Positions 39,306 through 47,561 of a stretch of DNA of 64,000 bases are shown here, piece by piece (position 1 is the first letter of the stretch; every line of letters begins with the position of its first letter). The notes below the pieces were generated by a model. That model was not told where the DNA came from and ran no database searches. It was given only the letters and a program-made list of their open reading frames with translations. Origin of the DNA: Candidatus Wildermuthbacteria bacterium. Its GTDB lineage: Bacteria > Patescibacteriota > Minisyncoccia > Minisyncoccales > PEYH01. The stretch lies in the NCBI GenBank assembly GCA_037445205.1, contig JBBIKX010000001.1, positions 8,767 to 72,766 of the forward strand. Reading direction: 5' to 3'. Made by a program: the position numbers and the translations under genes.

Positions 39306-40373
39306 ATGAAAATTTCTGATTTAAATTTTAGTAATTTCAATAGACAAATTAAATTTTCAATGAAAGCAATACTAAGCGATTTTAAATATTTCTATTTATC
39401 GATTTTTTTCTTTGGAATTCTTTTGTTTTTCATTCCTGAAATTTGTAGCGCTAATTTCCTTATAGGAGGATTTTTTATGTATAGTTTCTCTTTGTTGGCG
39501 CCCGTTATTTTCACGGGCGTTTGGGCCATAGAAGCCTTAACTATCAAGAATAAATTAGGGGGGACGCCACAAAAAGCACTATTTACTGCTTTAGTGGTAA
39601 ATTTGGCCACCAGCCTATCGGGCTTTGTTTTGGTTAAAAAAAACTTCTTGGCGGAATACACCCTATATAACGAATCTCTTACATTAATGATTTTTTTCCT
39701 TCTATCTGTTTTTGTTGAAATGTTAATGTTGCATTTTTGCTATAGAGAAGAATCTTGGCATAAAGTAATTATTGCTAGCTTTTTAATGAATCTGAAATCT
39801 TACTTTTTTTTAGCGTTTTTCTTGATAGGAGATTTTACAATCATAGGCGGGGCTATTATTTTAGTTATTGTCGTCCCCTATTTTTTCACAAAAGCTTTTA
39901 GGATGTTAGCCCCGGACAGAGAGTTTTTAAAATTTTTTAAAATAAGATCAGGCATCTTAATTCATTTCCTTTCCATTGTTCTAATCGGTTTGGTGTTTAT
40001 AGGAACCATAAAGGCGATAGATAAAGCGTTTCTTAAGCAAAGAAGAGAGGTGATAAAAGAGCATGAGGTAATGTCTAACATGCTTCAGATAAGCTCCAAG
40101 GCAGAATTGATCTATGCATACAAAGGAAGTTATGAATCATTAAATTGCGACTATGACGAAGAAATAAAAAGTGCTTGCAAGAATATTGAAAAGAAGACAG
40201 GCGCCAGGCTCACTATTCATACATCTGAAAACAGATATTGCGCCTATATTAAATTAATTTATTCTGAAAAATGGTATTGCGCAGATAATATTTCTGGACT
40301 TATCCCTGGGAAAATTAATATTAATCCCTCTATTTTGGGGTATTGTGATGGTAAGACTTTTATTTGTCCATAA
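39306..40373 (+). CDS. Polytopic membrane protein with a Cys-rich C-terminal domain (cargo of the tRNA-Asp-flanked insert)
   Basis: 355 aa, about 7 TM segments. C-terminal NCDYDEE...CAYIKL...YCADN...YCDGKTFICP. Confidence 0.6.
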   Translation: MKISDLNFSNFNRQIKFSMKAILSDFKYFYLSIFFFGILLFFIPEICSANFLIGGFFMYSFSLLAPVIFTGVWAIEALTIKNKLGGTPQKALFTALVVNLATSLSGFVLVKKNFLAEYTLYNESLTLMIFFLLSVFVEMLMLHFCYREESWHKVIIASFLMNLKSYFFLAFFLIGDFTIIGGAIILVIVVPYFFTKAFRMLAPDREFLKFFKIRSGILIHFLSIVLIGLVFIGTIKAIDKAFLKQRREVIKEHEVMSNMLQISSKAELIYAYKGSYESLNCDYDEEIKSACKNIEKKTGARLTIHTSENRYCAYIKLIYSEKWYCADNISGLIPGKININPSILGYCDGKTFICP

Positions 40374-40464
40374 ATATTAGCTTATTTGTAAGAATTAGAT
40401 GTGTTGTCCACAATTTTTTAGAGTAAAAATAATTGATTAATTTTTCCATCGGTATCAGATTATT

Positions 40465-40483
40465 AATCCCCTTGGGTCCGCAA
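40465..40483 (+). repeat. Direct repeat copy 2 (aatccccttgggtccgcaa); attR-like duplicate of the tRNA-Asp 3' end
   Basis: Perfect 19-bp match to 39235-39253, about 1.2 kb downstream of the tRNA. Confidence 0.9.
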
Positions 40484-40505
40484 CGATACAAATTTCTTAC
40501 CTTAA

Positions 40506-40531
40506 AGCCGCGCTCCAGCGTGGCTTTTTTT
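40506..40531 (+). terminator. Rho-independent terminator (agccgcgc-tcca-gcgtggct-ttttttt); likely the original tRNA-operon terminator
   Basis: An 8-bp stem (one G:U pair), tetraloop and a 7-T run. Confidence 0.75.
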
Positions 40532-40589
40532 GGTTGAAATTTTTTTTGATTCTGATAGATTGAAAAAATAACCAAAAGGAGGTGAGACA

Positions 40590-41588
40590 GTGTCTTGCGA
40601 TACAGCCGTTATCGTGAATGTGCAGGCGGGCGCGGGAATGACTCGCTGGAAGTTGGCGCATCTTATGCGCCAGTTAAACCGCATTCTTTCTGTGCCCAAG
40701 AGTTGTGTCTGGCTGACTCGGGAAACCGGCGAGAGCAGCGCCACATCCCTGGCATCTTTTGCCCAAAGCAGAGGGGCCAAAGCAGTGATTGTCTTTGGCG
40801 GAGACGGCACGGTTCATCAGGCAGTAAACGGCCTGAAACTGCCCGATCCTTCAATCTCTGTTGGCATTGTGCCCTGCGGTACGGCCAACGTGGTTGCTTC
40901 CTGCCTTGGAATGCCAAGAAATGTCAAAGCGGCGCTGGAAGTCATAAGGGCCGGAATGACAAGAAAGATCGATCTGGGAATCCTGGAGGGAGATGGCCTT
41001 CCAAGATACGCGGTTTCCACGCTAAGCGTGGGACTTGACGCGATGATAAACGAACTGGCGCATCGTGTTAAGCCCCTGTTTCGGAAATACCATCTGCCAT
41101 CCATCTTGGGCTACATTCCGCCTCTTCTTAGATACACTCTTAATGAAGTTCCGCTCTACGATGTAGCTGTCAAAAAGGATGGATTGGTTTTTTGCGAAAG
41201 GATATCCTTTCTGGCAGTAACAAACACTCCATGGTATGGAGGCGGATTGGTGGACAGAACTGCCAAGCTTGACGACGGGCTGTTTAACATGATATGCGCC
41301 AGAAAGATCAGGTCCCGCGATCTTCCCTGGTGGATGTTTCAGATGTGGCAGGGAAATCACATCTATTATCCCAAGGTTTTTCTGCCCTGCTCTTCGTTTT
41401 CAGGATTAAGCATAAGTTCTGACTTTCCCTTGCCCGCGCAGATTGACGGACAGATTCTGCCCGCCCGGAAGAACATCGCAATCTCTGTCGTTCCCCGCCT
41501 CCTGCAGGTTTTCGCACCTTTGCCCCAACCAGAAAGAACAAAGCATTCTGGTTGGGGTTGTTTTTTTGATATGTCCAGGTTCAGATAG
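40590..41588 (+). CDS. Diacylglycerol-kinase catalytic-domain lipid kinase (YegS/BmrU-like), in GC-rich island B
   Basis: 332 aa with GTG start and SD AGGAGGTG 5 nt upstream. Motifs VIVFGGDGTVHQAVNGL (the GGDGT signature) and IVPCGTANVVA. GC is much higher than the flanks. Confidence 0.75.
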   Translation: MSCDTAVIVNVQAGAGMTRWKLAHLMRQLNRILSVPKSCVWLTRETGESSATSLASFAQSRGAKAVIVFGGDGTVHQAVNGLKLPDPSISVGIVPCGTANVVASCLGMPRNVKAALEVIRAGMTRKIDLGILEGDGLPRYAVSTLSVGLDAMINELAHRVKPLFRKYHLPSILGYIPPLLRYTLNEVPLYDVAVKKDGLVFCERISFLAVTNTPWYGGGLVDRTAKLDDGLFNMICARKIRSRDLPWWMFQMWQGNHIYYPKVFLPCSSFSGLSISSDFPLPAQIDGQILPARKNIAISVVPRLLQVFAPLPQPERTKHSGWGCFFDMSRFR

Positions 41589-41591
41589 ATA

Positions 41592-41620
41592 TTGACCAAA
41601 ATATTCTTTTATGATATAAT
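41592..41620 (+). promoter_or_regulatory. Consensus sigma70 promoter TTGACC-17-TATAAT inside island B
   Basis: TTGACC at 41592-41597 and TATAAT at 41615-41620. It is followed by ttggatatccTAAGGAGGTG. Confidence 0.65.
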
Positions 41621-41647
41621 TTGGATATCCTAAGGAGGTGATGCGTG

Positions 41648-41815
41648 ATGAAGGCGGGTATAGTGATTTTCCGGCATACACAAGTAGAAACGCTGCAGGC
41701 GACGGTTAACGCGTTTCTCAAGGTTCACGCTCCACATATGGAGAACCTTGAGCATCAGCTGGTAGTGACTCCAGACGGCACTATCGTCTTGACCCTGCTT
41801 TATCGGGCTAAGTAG
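41648..41815 (+). CDS. Small hypothetical protein (55 aa), island B
   Basis: SD TAAGGAGGTG at 41631-41640, ATG 7 nt later. Translation MKAGIVIFRHTQVETLQATVNAFLKVHAPHMENLEHQLVVTPDGTIVLTLLYRAK*. Not in the ORF track (under 60 aa). Confidence 0.5.
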   Translation: MKAGIVIFRHTQVETLQATVNAFLKVHAPHMENLEHQLVVTPDGTIVLTLLYRAK

Positions 41816-41837
41816 GGTTCGTAAGGAGGGAGGAACG

Positions 41838-42101
41838 ATGCGTAAGCTCTTTGCGGCGATTGTCGGACTCTACCGTCGGCTCTGGATGATTGAGCCCCGC
41901 CGTTTCAAACGGGGACAAATCATCCAGTTCGAAGACTGGCGCGATGGCATTAGAGTTGCCAAAGCCAGATACCTGGTTCTCGGCAATACACCCTCCGAGA
42001 AGAGGTACGTCCTGGAGGGTGTTGGGCCCGGCAACAAGGGGAGGCGCGAGCGCCTTCGCTTCCGCTGGGTTGACAAACACGCACATTTGGTGCGCGGCTG
42101 A
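41838..42101 (+). CDS. Small basic hypothetical protein (87 aa), island B
   Basis: SD AAGGAGGG at 41823-41830, then the ATG. A strong terminator follows. Confidence 0.55.
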   Translation: MRKLFAAIVGLYRRLWMIEPRRFKRGQIIQFEDWRDGIRVAKARYLVLGNTPSEKRYVLEGVGPGNKGRRERLRFRWVDKHAHLVRG

Positions 42102-42111
42102 AATGCCTGTT

Positions 42112-42155
42112 CCGCCCGGGACTAAGGAGGAGTTCCGGGCGGTTGTTGTTTTTTG
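42112..42155 (+). terminator. Rho-independent terminator (ccgcccgg...ccgggcgg, ttgttgttttttg)
   Basis: An 8-bp perfect GC stem with a T-rich tail. The loop contains taaggagg. Confidence 0.7.
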
Positions 42156-42204
42156 ATGAAGTTTCTGGTATCGTATCAAGTATCGCACATTGGGAGGTGG
42201 AACG

Positions 42205-42348
42205 GTGCACAAATGGGTAATCTTTGCGGTAGTGGTGATCCCAAGCATTCTCATCGGTTCCCTTATCTGCCTTTTCCAAGGAAAGGGCAGAAGAGTGTGG
42301 TCCTTCGCTAAGGGGAGAGTCTTTGCTTGGGCGGAAACGGATTGGTGA
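42205..42348 (+). CDS. Tiny single-TM protein (47 aa, GTG start), island B
   Basis: SD GGGAGGTGG at 42192-42200, 6 nt before the GTG. Translation VHKWVIFAVVVIPSILIGSLICLFQGKGRRVWSFAKGRVFAWAETDW*. Confidence 0.45.
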   Translation: MHKWVIFAVVVIPSILIGSLICLFQGKGRRVWSFAKGRVFAWAETDW

Positions 42349-42371
42349 ACACAATCCTCTTGGCACTTGTT

Positions 42372-42407
42372 AACCGGCGCATCTTCTGATGGGCCGGTTC
42401 ATCTTTT
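42372..42407 (+). terminator. Hairpin aaccggc...gccggtt with a weak U tail; probable right-end terminator of island B
   Basis: A 7-bp stem with a 14-nt loop, followed by catcttttaacaaaaaa. The sequence turns AT-rich after this point. Confidence 0.4.
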
Positions 42408-42472
42408 AACAAAAAATGCTCCATTTTTTGATTTGATTTTTGTTTGTTTTTGAATTAGAATTAATATATAAA

Positions 42473-43519
42473 ATGGATTTAAAAAGCATTAAAAAGAAAG
42501 CAAAAAAGGAGATTGAATCGGCAAAAGATTCTGTTGCGCTAAAGCATATTTTTCAAGATTTTTTCGGCAAAAAGGGCGAGATTGCCGTCATTTTAAGCTC
42601 TCTTAAAAATCTTCCCCAAAAAGAAAGAAAGGACAAGGGAAAAATTATAAATGAAGTAAAAAAAGAGGTTCTGGAAATGATTGCAAAAAAAGAAAATAAT
42701 TTGAAAAAAATTGAGGCGGCTTTGGACGCAAAAGAGGAGTGGATTGATATAAGCTTTCCCTCAAAAAAAATTCCTCTGGGACATCTTCACCCCCTTACCC
42801 AAGCCAGAAGAAAAACAGAGGAAATTTTTGAAAAACTTGGATTTTCTGTGATTGAAGGACCCCAGATAGAAACAGAGTGGTATAATTTTGACGCCCTAAA
42901 CATTCCCAAAGATCATCCCGCGCGGGACAGGTGGGACACTTTTTGGCTCAGGGAGTCAGAAAGTCAAAAGTCAAAGGTCAAAAGTCAAAGGTTATTGTTA
43001 AGAACCCACACAAGTCCGGTTCAAATCCGCTATATGGAAAAAAACAATCCTCCCTTGCGGATTATTGTTCCAGGCAGAATATTCAGATACGAGGCGACAG
43101 ACGCTTCTCATGAAATAAACTTTTACCAGCTGGAAGGATTAATGGTTGATTCAAAAGTAACCCTTGCCGACTTTAAAGGAGTGATGGAAAAATTTTTCCA
43201 GATGTTTTTTGGCGATGAGGCCAAGATCCGGCTAAGGCCCAGCTATTTTCCCTTTACCGAACCGAGCGTTGAAATTGATATTAGCTGCCGGATATGCAAA
43301 CAAGAGGGATGCAGCGCTTGCGGCCGGAAGGGCTGGGTTGAAATAGCGGGCGCAGGCATGGTTCACCCAAATGTTTTTAAAGCAGCCAACCTTAACCCTA
43401 AAAATTGGCAGGGATTTGCGTTTGGAATAGGTCTTGATAGGTTGGCTATGATGAAATACAGGATTAATGATATAAGATTGTTCTATGGGGGAGATCTGCG
43501 GTTTCTTGAGCAATTTTAA
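42473..43519 (+). CDS. pheS: Phenylalanyl-tRNA synthetase alpha subunit
   Basis: Class II motifs (HPARD, FRYEATDASHEINFYQLEG, GFAFGIGLDRLAM). ATG at 42473; the ORF track starts at an upstream TTG (42440). A 10-aa repeat-encoded insertion is present. Confidence 0.92.
   Translation: MDLKSIKKKAKKEIESAKDSVALKHIFQDFFGKKGEIAVILSSLKNLPQKERKDKGKIINEVKKEVLEMIAKKENNLKKIEAALDAKEEWIDISFPSKKIPLGHLHPLTQARRKTEEIFEKLGFSVIEGPQIETEWYNFDALNIPKDHPARDRWDTFWLRESESQKSKVKSQRLLLRTHTSPVQIRYMEKNNPPLRIIVPGRIFRYEATDASHEINFYQLEGLMVDSKVTLADFKGVMEKFFQMFFGDEAKIRLRPSYFPFTEPSVEIDISCRICKQEGCSACGRKGWVEIAGAGMVHPNVFKAANLNPKNWQGFAFGIGLDRLAMMKYRINDIRLFYGGDLRFLEQF
42955..42992 (+). repeat. Tandem microsatellite-like repeat (GTCARAR)x5 inside pheS
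   Basis: gtcagaa-a-gtcaaaa-gtcaaag-gtcaaaa-gtcaaag encodes SQKSKVKSQR. Confidence 0.8.
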
Positions 43520-43528
43520 TTTAACATA

Positions 43529-45595
43529 ATGATATTTTCGTATAACTGGATACAGTCATTTTTTACTGAAAAACTGCCCAAGCCTCAAGCATTGGCAGAG
43601 CTTTTGGAGCTTCACAGCTTTGAAGTAAAAGAGACAAAAAAAATCGGGAGAGATTTTTCGCTTGATATAGATATAATGCCGAACAGGCCCGACTGTTTTT
43701 CTCATTTGGGCATTGCAAGAGAATGTTCTGCCATTCTTGGATTAAAAACCAAGAATAATCAGCCAAAAATAGTTTCAGAATTTTCGTTTAAAAATCTCAA
43801 AAAGAAATCTAATCTGATTTCCGTGGAAATTAAAGATCAAAACGATTGTTTTAGATATACGGGGGCGTTTGTCGGGGGCATTAGTGTTGGTTTTTCTCCG
43901 AAATGGATGCAGCAAAGACTTTCCGTTTGCAATATTCAGCCGATTAACGGCATAGTTGATGTGGCGAACTACACAATGCTTGAAACGGGCCAGCCCATAC
44001 ATATTTTTGATTATGATAAAATCGCGGGCAAAAAAATTGTCGTAAGACGCGCCCGAAAAAACGAGAAAATTTCCGCTCTTGATGGGAAAGAATATAGCCT
44101 CGATCAGGATATTTTGGTAATTTCCGATGAAAAACAACCTTTGGCGATAGCGGGAATTAAAGGCGGAAATATCGCAGCAATTGACGAAAAAACAAAAAAC
44201 ATCTTTATTGAATCCGCGACTTTTGACCCTTTGGTTATAAGAAAGGCGTCTTATAAGCTGAAATTGAAAACAGATGCTTCTTTGAGATTTGAGCACGGGC
44301 TTGATTACAATATGACGGAATCGGCGATCAATAAAGCGATATCTTTTGTAAAAAAAACTTCGTCCAAGGATGCTAAAATTTTCAAAATAGATATTTTTGA
44401 GAAGTGTCCGCCCAAAAAAATTATAAAACTTGATTTTAACTTTGCAGAAAAACTCTTGGGCGTAAAAATTTCTCCAAAAAATACAGAGAACATATTAAAA
44501 ACGCTTGGAATAAAAGTTTTTAAAAAAACGAACAGCACTTTTGATTTAGAGATTCCCTTTGAAAGGGGCGATCTCTGCCTGCCCTCCGACATCGCGGAAG
44601 AAATTATAAGAATTTACGGATTAGAAAGAATAAAACCCACTTTGCCCCTTGGAGTTTTAGTCCCTCCCCAAAAAAACGACGAACTTTTTTGGGAAAACCA
44701 GGTTAAAAATTCTTTGAAAGAAATGAATTTCTTTGAAATTTACAATTATTCTTTCATCAAAAAAAACGATGGAAAAAATTATTTTTCTCTTGTTGAGCTT
44801 GAAAATCCGGCAAGCGAACAATTCCAATATCTCAGGCCAACGCTTTTAACGGGGCTTATAGAAAATTTAAAAATCAACACTCCAAATTACAAGGAAATAA
44901 AAATTTTTGAGCTGGAAAAAGTTTTCCAAAAATCAATCAGCGGAGAAATTTTTGAAAAGAAAATGTTGTCTGGCCTGATTTGGGAAAAAGGGGCAAAAAA
45001 GGGGAGATTGGAAAACGAATTCGCCCATATCAAGGGAATTTTAGACACGCTTTTGAATAATTTGGGGATAAGCGATTATTATTTTAACGAATACAAACCA
45101 AATCCTTCGGAGATGAAATTATCATTTTGGGATAAAAACCGCGTAGCAGAAATTTCTCTTATGAGCGGGAAAAAAATTGGATTTCTGGGAGCGATTTCTT
45201 TGGATATTCTTGGGGGCTATAAAATTGAGGAACCGGTTATGGCTTTTGACATAGATTTTGAAAAGCTTTGGACGGAGTGCAGCGAAGAGTGCGAATATCG
45301 TCCTGCCTCAAATTATCCCTGCGCTATACGCGATATTGCGGTTTTAGTTCCAAGAGAAACAAAAATAGGCGAGGTTTTAAATGCAATACAGAAAGCCGGC
45401 GGAGAAAAGATAAGAGATGTGGATTTGTTTGATTTCTACGAGGGGTCTCAAATTCCCCAAGGAAAGAAGAATCTTGCATTCCATATCATATTTCAATCAG
45501 ACGATAAAACATTAAGCGGCAAGGAAGTTGATTCATTGCATAAAAAAATAATCGGTTTTCTTGAGAAAAAAGAAGGATGGGCGGTGAGAAAATAA
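43529..45595 (+). CDS. pheT: Phenylalanyl-tRNA synthetase beta subunit (short form)
   Basis: 688 aa. B3/B4 and B5 domain patterns, downstream of pheS. Confidence 0.88.
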   Translation: MIFSYNWIQSFFTEKLPKPQALAELLELHSFEVKETKKIGRDFSLDIDIMPNRPDCFSHLGIARECSAILGLKTKNNQPKIVSEFSFKNLKKKSNLISVEIKDQNDCFRYTGAFVGGISVGFSPKWMQQRLSVCNIQPINGIVDVANYTMLETGQPIHIFDYDKIAGKKIVVRRARKNEKISALDGKEYSLDQDILVISDEKQPLAIAGIKGGNIAAIDEKTKNIFIESATFDPLVIRKASYKLKLKTDASLRFEHGLDYNMTESAINKAISFVKKTSSKDAKIFKIDIFEKCPPKKIIKLDFNFAEKLLGVKISPKNTENILKTLGIKVFKKTNSTFDLEIPFERGDLCLPSDIAEEIIRIYGLERIKPTLPLGVLVPPQKNDELFWENQVKNSLKEMNFFEIYNYSFIKKNDGKNYFSLVELENPASEQFQYLRPTLLTGLIENLKINTPNYKEIKIFELEKVFQKSISGEIFEKKMLSGLIWEKGAKKGRLENEFAHIKGILDTLLNNLGISDYYFNEYKPNPSEMKLSFWDKNRVAEISLMSGKKIGFLGAISLDILGGYKIEEPVMAFDIDFEKLWTECSEECEYRPASNYPCAIRDIAVLVPRETKIGEVLNAIQKAGGEKIRDVDLFDFYEGSQIPQGKKNLAFHIIFQSDDKTLSGKEVDSLHKKIIGFLEKKEGWAVRK

Positions 45596-45631
45596 CTTCA
45601 AAATTAAGTTTTGATAATAAAAATATAATAT

Positions 45632-47557
45632 ATGACAAAAAAAGATAAGGCCTCGGAGGGTTATAGTGCAAAAGATATTTTTGTATTGAAAGGATTGGAG
45701 CCGGTGCGCAAAAGACCGGCGATGTATATTGGCTCAACGGGGCCAGACGGGCTTCATCATCTAATTTGGGAATGTTTGGACAATGCCATTGATGAGGCGA
45801 TGGGAGGATACGCTACAGAAATTGAAGTGGTTTTATTGCCCAAAAACCGGGTAAAGGTTACTGACAACGGCCGCGGGATTCCTGTTGATATTCATCCCCA
45901 GACCAAAAAATCTGCCCTTGAAACGGTGATGACGACCCTTCATGCAGGCGCAAAATTTGACAGGAAAGTATACCAAATTTCAGGGGGACTGCATGGAGTC
46001 GGAGTTTCTGTCGTATGCGCTCTTTCTTCCTGGATGAGGGTTGAAGTATGCCGTCAGGGACATCGCCATTCCCAAGAATACGAGAAAGGCAAGCCCCAGA
46101 CGAAAGTGAAAAAAGAAGGAACTTGCAGACAATCCGGCACCGCTGTAATTTTTGATGCCGACCCGGAAATTTTTTCTCAAATCAAATATGACAGAAAAAG
46201 GGTCATTTCTCATTTGAGGAGACAGGCATATCTTACAAAAGGCGTGAGAATAAAATTCAAGGATTTGCGCGAAGGAGAATTTGAATACACTTTTTATTTT
46301 GAAGGCGGGCTCCGTTCCTACATAAAGTTTTTAATCGGCAACAATACTCCTCTTCATCAGGGCGTTTTTTACGTCCAAAAGGAAAAGGACGGAATTATTT
46401 CAGAGGCCGTATTCCAGTATACGCAGGAAAGAGAGGGCTGGGAGGAGGGTTTCGCGAATAACATTTATACAGTTGAGGGAGGTAGCCATTTAACCGGCTT
46501 TCGCTCCGCCTTAACGCGCAGCCTGAATGATTACGCCAAAAAGAATAACTACATAAAACCAGAAGAAGATGGTTTTTCCGGCCAAGACGTGAGAGAGGGT
46601 TTGAACGCGGCTGTTTCCGTGAAAATTAAAGAACCGCAGTTTGAGGGCCAGACAAAAACAAAACTTGGAAATCCCGAGGCAAAATCGGCGGTAGAGTCAG
46701 TTGTGGGAGAGGTGCTCAGCGATTTTTTGGAGAGAAATCCCCAAGATGCCCGGTTAATTGTGGAAAATTGTCTTTTAGCCGCAAAAGCGCGTCAGGCGGC
46801 AAGGGCGGCGCGCCAGACAATCCTTCGCAAGGGTATTTTAGATGGATTGAGCCTTCCCGGAAAACTGGCCGATTGCATTATGCGCAATCCGAGCCAAGCA
46901 GAGCTTTTTATCGTAGAGGGAGAGAGCGCGGGCGGCTCTGCAAAAATGGGAAGAGATAGGAAATTTCAGGCGATCCTCCCCCTTAGGGGAAAAATTTTAA
47001 ATGTTGAAAGGGCGAGGCTTGATAAAATTTTGTCATCTGAAGAAATCAAAGCGCTTGTAATTGCATTAGGCACTGCCATTTCTCAGGATTTTGAAATAGA
47101 CAAGATAAGGTATCATAGGATTATCATTATGACCGATGCGGATGTAGATGGCGCTCATATAAGAACTCTTCTTTTAACGCTTTTTTACAGATATTTTAAG
47201 CCGGTGATAGATATGGGATATCTTTATATCGCCCAGCCTCCGCTTTATAAAATCCAATCGGGAAAGATTGTAAAATATGCCTACACAGAGGGTCAGAAAG
47301 AAAAATTCATAAAAGAGATCCAGAAAGGAGAAGTGAAAAATATTAATATACAAAGGTATAAAGGTTTGGGAGAAATGAACCCCGATCAGCTCTGGGAAAC
47401 GACAATGAATCCTTCCCAGAGAATGTTAATGCGGGTAGCAATTGAAGAGGCCAAAGAAGCCGATAAGATATTTGATATTCTGATGGGCAAGGAGGTTTTT
47501 CCAAGAAAAAAATTCATTCAGGCGCACGCCAAAAGCGTCAAAAACTTAGATATTTAA
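45632..47557 (+). CDS. gyrB: DNA gyrase subunit B
   Basis: 641 aa with GHKL ATPase and Toprim motifs (LHHLIWECLDNAIDE, EGESAGG, PLRGKILN). Confidence 0.95.
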   Translation: MTKKDKASEGYSAKDIFVLKGLEPVRKRPAMYIGSTGPDGLHHLIWECLDNAIDEAMGGYATEIEVVLLPKNRVKVTDNGRGIPVDIHPQTKKSALETVMTTLHAGAKFDRKVYQISGGLHGVGVSVVCALSSWMRVEVCRQGHRHSQEYEKGKPQTKVKKEGTCRQSGTAVIFDADPEIFSQIKYDRKRVISHLRRQAYLTKGVRIKFKDLREGEFEYTFYFEGGLRSYIKFLIGNNTPLHQGVFYVQKEKDGIISEAVFQYTQEREGWEEGFANNIYTVEGGSHLTGFRSALTRSLNDYAKKNNYIKPEEDGFSGQDVREGLNAAVSVKIKEPQFEGQTKTKLGNPEAKSAVESVVGEVLSDFLERNPQDARLIVENCLLAAKARQAARAARQTILRKGILDGLSLPGKLADCIMRNPSQAELFIVEGESAGGSAKMGRDRKFQAILPLRGKILNVERARLDKILSSEEIKALVIALGTAISQDFEIDKIRYHRIIIMTDADVDGAHIRTLLLTLFYRYFKPVIDMGYLYIAQPPLYKIQSGKIVKYAYTEGQKEKFIKEIQKGEVKNINIQRYKGLGEMNPDQLWETTMNPSQRMLMRVAIEEAKEADKIFDILMGKEVFPRKKFIQAHAKSVKNLDI

Positions 47558-47561
47558 GGTT

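Noticed and set aside
40502-42366. Many minus-strand and alternative-frame ORFs inside GC-rich island B (e.g. 40502..40810-, 40663..40917-, 40817..41104-, 41022..41360-, 41308..41681-, 41808..42254-, 41950..42366-, 40595..41038+, 41890..42156+)
   Set aside because: High GC suppresses stop codons and produces long random ORFs. All of them overlap the SD-led plus-strand genes and lack start signals.
42440-42472. ORF-track start of pheS at the TTG at 42440 (MFVFELELIYK...)
   Set aside because: These eleven hydrophobic or odd residues are encoded in an AT-rich spacer right after the island B terminator. The ATG at 42473 (MDLKSIKKK...) is more plausible.
42955-42992. The GTCARAR repeats in pheS as a possible CRISPR array
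   Set aside because: The units are only 7-8 bp, there are no spacers, and the repeat lies in frame inside pheS. It is not a CRISPR array.
46768-46959. Arg/Gly-rich ORF 46768..46959+ inside gyrB
   Set aside because: It is an alternative frame of a GC-richer stretch of gyrB and is spurious.
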